Part shown: positions 9,885-20,500 of the stretch, piece after piece | Layout: every line of letters begins with the position of its first letter | Position numbering within the stretch: position 1 is the first letter of the stretch | Origin: a virus | Taxonomy: Duplodnaviria > Caudoviricetes | Reading direction: 5' to 3' (one strand) | Length of the DNA stretch: 64,000 nt | IMG/VR virus record: IMGVR_UViG_3300028888_000057 | Made by a program: the position numbers and the translations under genes | Notes under the pieces: model-generated | Databases searched by the model: none | Seen by the model: only the letters and a program-made list of their open reading frames with translations | Told to the model about the DNA's origin: nothing

Positions 9885-10244
9885 TCATTCTGCTGGAGGT
9901 AAAAACTCTAAGAAATCTTCTAACGGTTCTGTAATTTTGTAGGTAATACCGTCTGCAAATGCAATCTGAAGTTTCTTCCATTCGCCGAGTTCAATCTCTA
10001 AATTGCCTATCTCGTTTATATCGGCAATATACTCAGGAATCTTTTCTTGCTTAAGCTTTCCGTTTTCATCGGCAAATTCAGAATACTTTTTACGAATTGT
10101 TTCCTCTTGTTCCATTTGAAATTCGATATGTGGACGCAAGAAATGACGTAATTGATAAACCGCCCACTGTTCTTTCTTTGTAATCGCGCAATTGGATAAT
10201 TCTTCTGTTGCTTTATAAGCTTGAATAATCTTAAACTGTTTCAT
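9885..10244 (-). CDS. Hypothetical protein downstream of tail hub
   Basis: 119 aa, RBS AAAGGA, in operon. Confidence 0.7.
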   Translation of the reverse strand: MKQFKIIQAYKATEELSNCAITKKEQWAVYQLRHFLRPHIEFQMEQEETIRKKYSEFADENGKLKQEKIPEYIADINEIGNLEIELGEWKKLQIAFADGITYKITEPLEDFLEFLPPAE

Positions 10245-10271
10245 GATTATGTCCTTTCTACCTTCAATAAT

Positions 10272-13200
10272 TTAACTAACTACTTTCCATAATTCCATAG
10301 CATTACTACCATAAGAATGCCATTCTCCATTTACTTGGAATCCCCAATACCGAAGTCCAGCAGACTCATACTCACTGCTGGAACCGCCTCCGCCTGCATA
10401 ATAACCTTCTAAATATGAATTTGCACATGCGTCAGATGCATCAGCAAGAATGTATATTAACGTTCCGCCATCACTGTCTAGTATGCTAATATAAGATTTA
10501 TGAGATGATGCTTCAAGGTCGCTTTTGATATCTGCGTCAGTTTTATCTCTTGTCATTTTACCTGATCTATTTGATTTCACAGTTGTAGATGTTGCCCTAT
10601 CAATCATGTCGACTATATATTCGCCGTTGCTCCATTGACCACTTAAATCAAAGGAGGCGGCAGTCTTAAAATTTATAGTTGTACCATTTGACAACGTAAT
10701 TACGTTACCATTAACTTTCTTTATCGTGTGATAGTAAAGTTTCCATAACGGATATTGCGTTGTTGAACTTGAAAGATCAATTGTTGATTCAGTTCCGTTT
10801 TCATTGAAAACTTTCAAGCTCTTGCACCAAAGGTTGCCGGCTTCATCTACCTTAAAATTTCCGCTGCTAATATTAATCGTACCGCCAGATTCAAGCGTTA
10901 ATGTCTTGCCACCTGATATTTTAATGCCAGTTGGAGTAAGATAAACACCGCTTGTATCCTGCAAATCAGTAACATAAGCAGATATAGCAGCATCTCTTTG
11001 TTCGATAGTACTGTATCCTTTCAGCGTATCGCCTACTGTTTTTATTGATTCTTCTACAGCTTTATCTTTTGCTTCAACTAGTTGCCCATATAAGTTTGCG
11101 GTACCGCCACTAAATGGAACACCATTCAATGTCATATTCTCGCAATTTATCTCCAGCGTACCAGAGCTAACGGTAATCTTGTTAGGAGTGAGCGTAATAC
11201 CAGAATTCGATCCACCTAATGAATCAAAATCAGTCGAACTCAAAATAACTTGCCCTGCAGTATTAACATCAATTCCGGCTACAGTTTTCTTTCCGCCGCT
11301 TTTTTCTTCAGTTATTGCTTCCAATGACAAATGGCCATTATCCTGAAGAAGCTGAGTTTTACTTCTCATTTCTGAAGTGTAAGTAGTATATTCTAATTTA
11401 AACTGGTTAAAATCAGCATGGAAATAAAAAAGCTGAGAAGTTCCATTTACATCAACAGCATTGTTTTGTAAAGTTAAAGACTTTGCAACTAAGTCTCCCG
11501 CAACCTTACAGTTTGAAGCAATCATTGCGCCACCGCTTGTAACTTGGAAAGGATATTCACCACTAAAAGGATTATATTTTCCACCTTGAACGACAATCGT
11601 ATTATCGACAACAACATTGTTAGCAATCCGATTCAGCCAGAAATCTCCCTTGTGGATACCAGCAGGCTCGATTTCCCAGCCGCCAATTGTTCCTGATTGC
11701 GCGGTTAAGACCCCGCCATTTGTCACTATAAAGTTTCCACCACCCAAACTGATACCATCTGTGCCCAGATAAATACCGTTTAGATTCGTGGAATCCAGCG
11801 TTGGCATATTATTGTAAATGAAAGATTTTCTACCCGAAGAACCAATTGTGAAAGGAGACGCCAGGCTACCTATGGAAACCGTGCCATTGGTCAAAACGGA
11901 CACCGAAGAACCAGAATTAATCGTTATGTTGTTTGCAGCGAGAACTCCTATAGTACCTGTTATAGCGTCAATGGTTAATGCTGCGCCAGATATAGTAGAT
12001 TTCGCTGTTGTTAATTCACTCCCGAGCGTTATACCTTGCCCTAAAACAATATCGCTTGCCGCAATCGTCAAGTGAGACTTTGTACCATCAGCTGAGAATT
12101 TAAATGCACCGCCGCCGATATTAATTCCGTCTGTTCCGATATACACGCCATTGGACGTGCTATCTAAACTATTATCTTCACCGGCATGCATATAATGTCT
12201 TGTAACACCTTCGGATGTGGCTTTGCCAAGAGTAAACCCAGCGATGTTTCCAGCATCAGCGTTTACCGTTCCTGTAATAGATACAGCATAATTACCTTGC
12301 TGATCTTTAGTAATACTGAAATTAGGTGAATCTACAAGAAACTCACTGTTTGCTTGGATACTTAATGTAGAACCAGATTTGATTGCCATGCTCCCGCCAG
12401 ACTCAAGATTGACAGTGCCGCCTTTAACATTCAGTTCCCCGTTGGATTCGATGTTCATTTTGCCGCCGGGATTGTCGTTGCTTCCAGCTTTAAGATTAAT
12501 TTCACCGCCAGACAAAACAGATATCGATGCAGGAATCGTTTGCCCTTGTTTATTCATATATCCTGCACGGATATCAATTAAAGCATCTGTAGTGTGAAGC
12601 GAACCAGAAGGTCTAAAGCCATCTATCGTAGCGTACAATTCAAGGGCTTTGTTGCTGCCAATTTCCAGCTCCTGACCTACGCTCGCATTAATCTTATCCG
12701 TCGTAATAGAACCAGCTTCGATTAATACACCAGACAATAATCCAGTATAAATGGCATCAGCCGTCATCCCGTCACCAGTCATTGTAGAGCGCCATTCCCA
12801 TTCGCCCCATTTGTCTTTGGTGTTTGATATCATATACCCAGCGCCAGTTAACATCATTGCAGAATTACCATCGGCAGATTCCATAACAATATTGCCTTTG
12901 GGATCTGTGTACCAGTTAGATGCACCGCCTTGAAGCAACGTAACATTTGCTTTGATGGCTCCTTCTAGCTTATCGGTTGCCATCTTACCTGAGCCAGATA
13001 TATTACAAGCTCGTTTATAGACAGACTGATTTGCTTTTGTTTGCTGCGCGACATCCGCGATATGCGAAATAACATCGGTAAAAGAATGCTGATTTAAGAG
13101 AGAGAGATTTGTATCAATACTAACTTTAGTTTCCCAAGGCTTATCATAACATTTTTCAATCTTATCGATAAAAGCCCATTCGTCTACGTTAATATCCGGA

Positions 13201-16200
13201 TCAATCAAATGAGCGGCATAAGACATGTTAATATCAGGCCAGTCTGCAATCGATCTGTCATCAGCTGTTAAACCTTGTTCTGAGCCATACAGATCTAAGA
13301 ATGTAAATGTGTAGTTAGGTTCTGGTCGTGATATTATATCAAGATTTTCTTTTGCGTCAGCATAAAGCTTATCTTCATCGCCTTCAACATAGCTGTCTTT
13401 CTGCCACCAGCCTTCTCGATACAGATCACCAAGATCGGTTGCTAGTTGATTGTTTTGGTCTGTTATTTGCTGGGTGACCACATTATACGCAGGTAATCTT
13501 TCCAGATATAACTGATCGCTTAACGTCACAAGATTTGGAATTAATTCGTTAATGCCAATTCTGTTTCCTTTTAGAGACAATGTTTCTTCTTTAACTTTTC
13601 CGAGAATCTGATACTGTTTTCTTGAAATAAATAGTCTGTTTAAATAATCATGTACTCGCACGTAATGGTCTGACATCGGAATACTGGGACAAACAAATCT
13701 TACGTAACGTACTCTTTCCGAAGTTGTAAAATAGCCTGTGTTTTCAAGACCGAAAGAATCCAGATATCTTCTATTGGAGTCATAGAATATAATATAGCTT
13801 CCGGACGGAAGATGATAATCGTAGCGCGTACTGTAGTTTAACGTAATATTGTTAGAGCGGACATAGTCTTCAGTATTATATTCGACGTGCGTCGTTCTAT
13901 CGATCGCACCTTGATTAAATGTGACATTCGAAAGTTCATTAACTAAAGGATAATCAATCGTATCAAACGTTTTAATTTCTGCTTTTACAATATTATCGTT
14001 TATTTCGCCTTGAAAAACATTGTTTGATGCAGTATCTAGAATGATTTTCTTTCCAGTTGTTACTACTTGATCTGTTGTAAACGTCCAAATGAAACCATAT
14101 TCATCCTCAAATGCATAGTTCCCGGGAATCAGATCACCGTACGTAGTATATTCATATCTATCGTATAATCCCTTATATAACATATCGCGTTTTAAACAAT
14201 AAAACACAACCTTGCTGAAATTATTTGTTAATCTTTGAGCTTCAGCATCTGGAGCATAGTATTTATTGTGACTTGGAATCTGGATTCCACTATCTCCAAT
14301 TTCAACCCACTGTAAGATCCCGTTTTGTGTCTCTCCGTGATAAAGAAGTTTGGTTCTTGGATTGAAATAATATTCACCAGCCACAACAGTAGGCGGAGTT
14401 TCAGACACGTATACTCTTCTCCAAATCGTATCTCCTGCCAAACCGTAGCAGAAGTATAGATTACCAAGAGTTGTTTCGTCCCTGAAAGATCTATAGAACC
14501 AGCCGTAACTGTTCTGCACAAGACGATAATCAGGTAACGGATCACTATCCCAGCCAAAATATGTTGGATGGATCTCAGTGACCTGTTTCGTGGTCTGTTG
14601 TAGAGTTCGAGTCAAAGCTTCAGCTTCGCTTTCCTTGACGCCGAGTTTGCCACTAATAGAATTTGTACAGTATAAATAGAAATGAGTTCTGTCGATAGGA
14701 AAGTTCGAAACATTAACTTCGTTTGTGTTCAACCACACAACCAAAGAATTAGGATCGTCGTTTTCTTTGGCCGAATAAATATAATCTTCTGTGTTGTCAT
14801 TAACCTTTTTAACATATCCTTTTCTCCACCTAGCGGGGGTCACAGAAGGATTGATTGCATATACAACACTACCAACTCCAGAAACAGGATCGCCATTTTC
14901 TTTCAGTTCTTCTGCAACATACCAAGTAAACAGCCGCCTTCTTGGCTCGTCATAATCAGACCTGTACAATACGGGTTGAGAACTATCGAGTATCAGCTTA
15001 AGATAATTGCCATCTTCTTCATACCGAATCACGTTAAGTTTTAGAAATCCAGTATTATGTTCCGCAATAACGCTTAATTCGTTCTGTGTTTCAATAACTT
15101 GTTCATATATTTCTTCAGCCGATGCTAATAAAGCAGGAGCTGTTCTCTGATATATTGCTATTTTTTGAAGTAAATCATCTGATAACAATCCAACCGAATT
15201 ATAATATCCAAAATCAGTAATGAACGAGAAGTAGTTTCTAATGTTAGACACAGAAGGAGTCAAGGATGTTCTATTCTCATACTTTGGTTTTTTATATACA
15301 TGATATGCTTTTTCTTCACGATTATTCCAAACATAAGACATAGACGTAGCATCCAACATAGACCATACAACAGTATCGCCGCCTCGTGCATTTGTGGCAT
15401 AGAAGTAATACGTTGCTGTTCCATCAGAGAAATAATACTCTCCGTTTCCAGAGATTATCATTGTGTATTCTTTATGCTCGCATCTCTGTAAAGAACAGAG
15501 ACCTTCCCGATCTCCGTAAGAACCATACGCATAAAGTTTCGTACAGATGTTTTCTGTGTTTAAGGTTCTCTGTATGTTGTGAGCGTTGCGGTCATAATGC
15601 AGCTCAAGCACGGGAATATTGTTGTTGACCACTTCTGTCGGAGTTCCGTCATCGTTCAACTCTTCAGAGAACGGGTTCATAGGTAGAACATCCACAGTCA
15701 TTTCATTCCCATGATAGATCGGCTTTGCATCGAACAGTTCGCACATCGAAGCAATCATCTTGAATGCACCGGTCTTAGCTGATGCAACTAACGATCTGAC
15801 TTTCTCAACGTTCGGCTGATCTCTTTCCATGAACTGAGCCACGTTACCGCATGTCCAGCCGGTACCTTCAAGGATTGTTTCAAGAAGCTGTCTGGCTGTG
15901 CCAACATTGTTTCCTTCTTCGTCTGAGAACTCAAGATCCATCTTCTTCTGTTTGAGCAGCATTGAGATATGGTTTGCTACAACAGATACGTTCTTTGATT
16001 TTTTATTGTGTGTAATCTTTGGTTCAGAAATCAAATACCAGTCTGTTTCATAATCATCCATTAGCCGAATTCTGTAATCTGCAATCAGGTATTTGATTCT
16101 ATAATTATCTTCCATTCTTTCGTCTGTATAAACTTTAGAAGGAATCGTAAATGACAGTTCTTTCCAACCATTACGTTCGGATGTTACAAATACGTCTGTA

Positions 16201-16301
16201 GCCCGTCCGCTTGTATCGGAAAGATTATCGTATAAATTACAAACAATATTACCGCTGTAATCGCAGACATCCAGCCGTAGATTCCGTATGTTGGCGTTCA
16301 A
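10272..16301 (-). CDS. Baseplate hub / Tal-like tail protein with long beta-rich C-terminal extension
   Basis: 2009 aa (TTG start) following Dit; NGWKELSFTIP, TKLYAYGS, WEWRSTMTGDGMTADAIYTGLL motifs of prophage tail hub proteins. Confidence 0.8.
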   Translation of the reverse strand: MNANIRNLRLDVCDYSGNIVCNLYDNLSDTSGRATDVFVTSERNGWKELSFTIPSKVYTDERMEDNYRIKYLIADYRIRLMDDYETDWYLISEPKITHNKKSKNVSVVANHISMLLKQKKMDLEFSDEEGNNVGTARQLLETILEGTGWTCGNVAQFMERDQPNVEKVRSLVASAKTGAFKMIASMCELFDAKPIYHGNEMTVDVLPMNPFSEELNDDGTPTEVVNNNIPVLELHYDRNAHNIQRTLNTENICTKLYAYGSYGDREGLCSLQRCEHKEYTMIISGNGEYYFSDGTATYYFYATNARGGDTVVWSMLDATSMSYVWNNREEKAYHVYKKPKYENRTSLTPSVSNIRNYFSFITDFGYYNSVGLLSDDLLQKIAIYQRTAPALLASAEEIYEQVIETQNELSVIAEHNTGFLKLNVIRYEEDGNYLKLILDSSQPVLYRSDYDEPRRRLFTWYVAEELKENGDPVSGVGSVVYAINPSVTPARWRKGYVKKVNDNTEDYIYSAKENDDPNSLVVWLNTNEVNVSNFPIDRTHFYLYCTNSISGKLGVKESEAEALTRTLQQTTKQVTEIHPTYFGWDSDPLPDYRLVQNSYGWFYRSFRDETTLGNLYFCYGLAGDTIWRRVYVSETPPTVVAGEYYFNPRTKLLYHGETQNGILQWVEIGDSGIQIPSHNKYYAPDAEAQRLTNNFSKVVFYCLKRDMLYKGLYDRYEYTTYGDLIPGNYAFEDEYGFIWTFTTDQVVTTGKKIILDTASNNVFQGEINDNIVKAEIKTFDTIDYPLVNELSNVTFNQGAIDRTTHVEYNTEDYVRSNNITLNYSTRYDYHLPSGSYIIFYDSNRRYLDSFGLENTGYFTTSERVRYVRFVCPSIPMSDHYVRVHDYLNRLFISRKQYQILGKVKEETLSLKGNRIGINELIPNLVTLSDQLYLERLPAYNVVTQQITDQNNQLATDLGDLYREGWWQKDSYVEGDEDKLYADAKENLDIISRPEPNYTFTFLDLYGSEQGLTADDRSIADWPDINMSYAAHLIDPDINVDEWAFIDKIEKCYDKPWETKVSIDTNLSLLNQHSFTDVISHIADVAQQTKANQSVYKRACNISGSGKMATDKLEGAIKANVTLLQGGASNWYTDPKGNIVMESADGNSAMMLTGAGYMISNTKDKWGEWEWRSTMTGDGMTADAIYTGLLSGVLIEAGSITTDKINASVGQELEIGSNKALELYATIDGFRPSGSLHTTDALIDIRAGYMNKQGQTIPASISVLSGGEINLKAGSNDNPGGKMNIESNGELNVKGGTVNLESGGSMAIKSGSTLSIQANSEFLVDSPNFSITKDQQGNYAVSITGTVNADAGNIAGFTLGKATSEGVTRHYMHAGEDNSLDSTSNGVYIGTDGINIGGGAFKFSADGTKSHLTIAASDIVLGQGITLGSELTTAKSTISGAALTIDAITGTIGVLAANNITINSGSSVSVLTNGTVSIGSLASPFTIGSSGRKSFIYNNMPTLDSTNLNGIYLGTDGISLGGGNFIVTNGGVLTAQSGTIGGWEIEPAGIHKGDFWLNRIANNVVVDNTIVVQGGKYNPFSGEYPFQVTSGGAMIASNCKVAGDLVAKSLTLQNNAVDVNGTSQLFYFHADFNQFKLEYTTYTSEMRSKTQLLQDNGHLSLEAITEEKSGGKKTVAGIDVNTAGQVILSSTDFDSLGGSNSGITLTPNKITVSSGTLEINCENMTLNGVPFSGGTANLYGQLVEAKDKAVEESIKTVGDTLKGYSTIEQRDAAISAYVTDLQDTSGVYLTPTGIKISGGKTLTLESGGTINISSGNFKVDEAGNLWCKSLKVFNENGTESTIDLSSSTTQYPLWKLYYHTIKKVNGNVITLSNGTTINFKTAASFDLSGQWSNGEYIVDMIDRATSTTVKSNRSGKMTRDKTDADIKSDLEASSHKSYISILDSDGGTLIYILADASDACANSYLEGYYAGGGGSSSEYESAGLRYWGFQVNGEWHSYGSNAMELWKVVS

Positions 16302-16316
16302 TTTTCATCACATCCT

Positions 16317-17441
16317 TTACGCATATGTTGGTTTATAATTGAATGAAAGTGTATCTAAATATAATTCTGTAACAGGAGATATCGTAATCTCGTTCAAGTC
16401 ACAGATCATAGTGGATTCGTTTTGATCTCCGAGCGGTTCTTCTTCGCTGACGCGAAGTGTTAATATATTATCCTCAGTTTGATTCAATATTTTGTGCCAA
16501 TGAGAATTAATGAAAATATATCTGCCTACAACATCTTGTTCAAGATTGTTGAAAAGCGTTACTGTGTTGGTTCCTGAAACAGACACAAAAAGCCCTCTGA
16601 TTACGGGATTTGTCGGCTCAATTTCGATGAAACCTCCCGAATGATATAAAAAGCTTATCTCTGAACTGACGTTATTTCTGAGGACAGTTTTGCCGCTGAT
16701 TCCGTCGATATACAGTTCTTTGCTTCTGTCTGTCGTTGCTGATCTTGTCATACCAACAATACGGCATTCCTGTTTGGTTGTGTTGTTGGTGATGATAATT
16801 CCATCGCCAGCATTGCCAGCCAAAGTTAATCCAACAGCCGCACGTTCAGTTCCTGGATTAGCAAGATAGATTGTTTTTGTGTTCGGGGCTGTTAATTGAA
16901 TGTCACCGAAAGTCATCTGAGGAACCATTTCGCTTCGGATGAATAAACCTGTGTTTTGAATAACTTTGTCATGATATTTGTCGATTGGTAATGAGTAGAA
17001 TAAATGTTCGTTAGTAAAAGGTGCATTGACATTAATACCTCTCGCAAATGGATAGCCTGCCTTCATAGTGATTGTGATGAGCCCATTGCGATAATTCGTC
17101 ATGTCGCGATCATTCACTTCGGTAACTGTTACATAGTACGCATACCAAGGCATTCTTTTAAACACTAACTGACCTGACTTTCCAACCCTGAAAAGCTGAA
17201 ACACTTTACTCATCAATCCACGATCAATATCTTTTTCTTCGTAGAAGCATCTGAGTACAAATTCTTTGGGTTGTTTATAAGCGCCATAGTAATAACCACC
17301 ATTATGGCCATCCATTGTTTCTTCGTGAACAATTGTCTTAGCAGGACGATATACGTATGTGTTCTCTTTGTCTGGTGCGTATTCCAGATTGAAGTCCGCA
17401 ATATCGTATCCGCAAAAAGTAAAACCACCTCTCATGCACAT
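16317..17441 (-). CDS. Distal tail protein (Dit)
   Basis: 374 aa directly after tape measure; GFTFCG…, GQLVF…PW, ITMKAGYPFA motifs. Confidence 0.75.
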   Translation of the reverse strand: MCMRGGFTFCGYDIADFNLEYAPDKENTYVYRPAKTIVHEETMDGHNGGYYYGAYKQPKEFVLRCFYEEKDIDRGLMSKVFQLFRVGKSGQLVFKRMPWYAYYVTVTEVNDRDMTNYRNGLITITMKAGYPFARGINVNAPFTNEHLFYSLPIDKYHDKVIQNTGLFIRSEMVPQMTFGDIQLTAPNTKTIYLANPGTERAAVGLTLAGNAGDGIIITNNTTKQECRIVGMTRSATTDRSKELYIDGISGKTVLRNNVSSEISFLYHSGGFIEIEPTNPVIRGLFVSVSGTNTVTLFNNLEQDVVGRYIFINSHWHKILNQTEDNILTLRVSEEEPLGDQNESTMICDLNEITISPVTELYLDTLSFNYKPTYA

Positions 17442-17558
17442 TCACCACCTTTCTATGTTGTCGTCTCTCCCCTTTACGTGCATTTTCGAAAGGTTCGATT
17501 TTGAACGTTTTTAAACGAAATGATAGTATTTTGAAAGTCTCAGATTAAATAGGGTAGG

Positions 17559-17584
17559 GGAGCGGGACGGTAAAGTCCCGCTCC
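17559..17584 (-). terminator. GC-rich hairpin after tape-measure stop
   Basis: GGAGCGGGAC-6nt-GTCCCGCTCC perfect 10-bp stem; weak U-tract. Confidence 0.45.
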
Positions 17585-17587
17585 GCC

Positions 17588-20500
17588 TTAAAATGTATAA
17601 CTCGCAAGATTTAATCCTTCTTTACGAAGCTGTTTCGTAAACTCTTGACCAACTCTTCTTGCGACATCTTCGAAATCAGCATCATCCTTCATCTCTGCTC
17701 CGTTAATCGTAATGTTGATATCTCCGATGGTTTGATTGCTTGTGTTTATCTTATCAAGATTTGGAACTCTAAACGGTTCGATATTGACGTAGTTTAAAGC
17801 ATCAGTAAGAGCTTTAATGTTGGCGGTGTCATAAGCACTAAGGAATGCTTCGGGTTTGGACATGGATCCATCAACCCATGCAAGTCCTGTATAATCAACT
17901 AAGCCACCTTCTGCATTTGGGCCTGTAATATGTTTATTTGTTAGAAGCTTTTCTTGATTTTGTTTATTGGCTTCAGCTGCTTTTGCGCCGAGATCTGATA
18001 TGCCCTCAAAGAAGCTACCTAAAACATTTCCAACAGCATTGCTTAAATCATTAAAAGGTTTAGAAATATCGATATTTAAAGGCGGTACTCCAGTTGCAAC
18101 ATTTGATCCACCGACACCCGCAGATGTAGAAGTATGAGTTGTTGCGCTATATGATGATCCATACTCTTTTTCAACAATCTTTTGTGCTTCCGTTTTTGAC
18201 GACGCTTGAACGGAATAACTTGTCTTAAACCCGTTTTTATCATAAACATCATATGTAGATTTGCTAGCTTGTTGTTTCTGTTGCGTTCCCGTATTGGCAG
18301 ATGGAGCAGGTTGTTCAGGCGCTACTGGTCCTTCGCTCTTCGGAACAACGTCTCCGGTTCCGGCGTAATCGCTTGGATTTGTAGGAGCAGGAGTTGGTTC
18401 AGTTGTAGGTTGATCAGGCTGAGTATCGTCAGGTTTGGTATCCTCTTCTTCACCTTTTTCTTTGCCATCGTTTTTATGATCATCGAATGAAGTGAAGCTT
18501 GGATTGTAGCCGCTGCCGTTGTTGTACCAAGAAAAATCAGGATCCCAACCTAAAGCTTCAAGAATTGCTTCTTCTGAATTTTGAGGAGTAAAGTCTTCGT
18601 GAATATCTGGTGTATAATTAATTGCCTGAAGCGCAACACTAACAGCGCTGGCAGCATTAGTCCAGCCATCTTGCCATTGACTTGCCAGCTGAAGTTGTCC
18701 AGTAACACTGGCATTCGCATAATCCAAACTATTCTCATACATGAATTTCATAAAGCTGTCTTGACTTGAAAGTATCTCATTAATCTCATCCCAATAAGTC
18801 TCGACAATACCCTTCATTGCCATCCATGTTTCTTTCCAGCCTTCTTCAAGCTGTTTCTTTCTTTCATCAAGGCTGTTCTGATAATCAATATCATTCTGCT
18901 GCAACCATAAAACGATATCGGAATAACTTCTGCTTAATACTTCTTTGACTTCGGCTGCAAAATTGTTAGCATCAAGAAGCATTTCCTGCAGATTCTCTCC
19001 GTGAATCTGGACGTATTCGTTGATGGCATTAATTTCATCTTCGATACGTTCAGTTGCAGCTTCTGCTTGCTGGCTTGCTTCGTCCCATCTGATATCCTGC
19101 CTCAGTTCATCGATCTTACGGGTAAGCTCTTTAGATTCCTTGCTTCTTGTTGGATCAGCAGAAATAAGAGCTAATTGCCGCTGATAATCATTAAGCTCGC
19201 TGTATTTATTTTCCGCATTCATCATCTGCCTGCGGTAATTCAGCCGCTCATTAATCAGTTGCTTTTCTTTTTCAAGAGCGTCTTTCTTTCGATCAAGCGT
19301 TTCTTTTTCCAGATCCCATTCGTCTTGATATCTGCGTTTGATAACATTGAGGATAATATTCTGCATTTCGACTGTGTTATTTAACATGTCTCTTTGCTTT
19401 TTCTTATTATCTTCAATGACCTTTAAAACCATCTGTTCAAGTTCAAGACGAGTTTTACGAATTGCTTGCTCGTTCTGTCGCAGAAGCTTGTTATTCTTTT
19501 CAATCGCATTATTGTTCTGTAAAAGAGCTTCTTCCTTCTTCTTGATTGCATCTGATAATCTATAGTAATCTTTTTCACTCAGGTTGATGTTTTCAAGCTC
19601 TTCTCTCAAGAGAGTAAGCTCTTCTTCCATAGCTGTAGTATTCTCTTTGCGATAATCAATCTCTTTCTGCAGCATGATGCCATAGTTGGTAAGCTCGCCG
19701 TTAGTTTGATACCTAGTCTGCTCATACTGCATAAGCGTAATGTTATGAGTACGATTACCTTCGTGACGATTAATTTCGTCAAGCAATCTGTCAACTTTAA
19801 TTCCTTCGAGTTCTCTGTCGAAGTTTTCAAGCTCGACTCTCGCAGAAGAAATAGACTCTTCAAGAGACAATACTTTCTGACGCAGATTATCCCATGCGCC
19901 AGAGCCATAAGGCACTGATCCCATTTCAGCTTTCAGTTGTGCTGCTTGTGCCGTCATATCTGCAACAGAAGAAGTTAACTCTTCACGACGCTTTTCGGCC
20001 ATGACAAAGTATGCATCCCAGTTGCCTTGATTCTGATAAATCTGTCCTTGATCTTTAATCAGCTTTTGAATATGACTGCTTAAATCGTTAATTCTATCAA
20101 TGCCTTCAAGGATTTCATCAACGCGATCTTCCATGATATCCATTTCAGCATTGGCGATATTAGCTTCAAGCTCAGTAATCTTGCCTTCAATTTCTTGAAC
20201 CAACTGAAGTTGTTTATAATACTCTTCAGTTTCTTTTACCATAGCTTTAAGCTTTTGAACTTCGATCGCTAACAGGCTTTTCTGAACGGTAATCATTTTA
20301 CGCCAATTTGCGATCTGTCTTTGCATCATATCCCGATACGCACCGTGATTACCAGCCCGCTTATACGCGTTGGCCATAAGCGCGTAACCGTTGTTCTGAT
20401 GCTCCTCGGTCATCGTCTGACGCTGTAAGCTCTCTCTTGTATCATTCTGTTCTTTCTCAAGCTTATCTTTTCTGGCCTTATCTCTTTGAGTGAGCATGTT

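Noticed and set aside
17490-17540. Shared ATACT-type late promoter motif in minus-strand intergenic regions (also ~34970, ~39520, ~52880)
   Set aside because: Too short and AT-rich to distinguish from chance without a motif search
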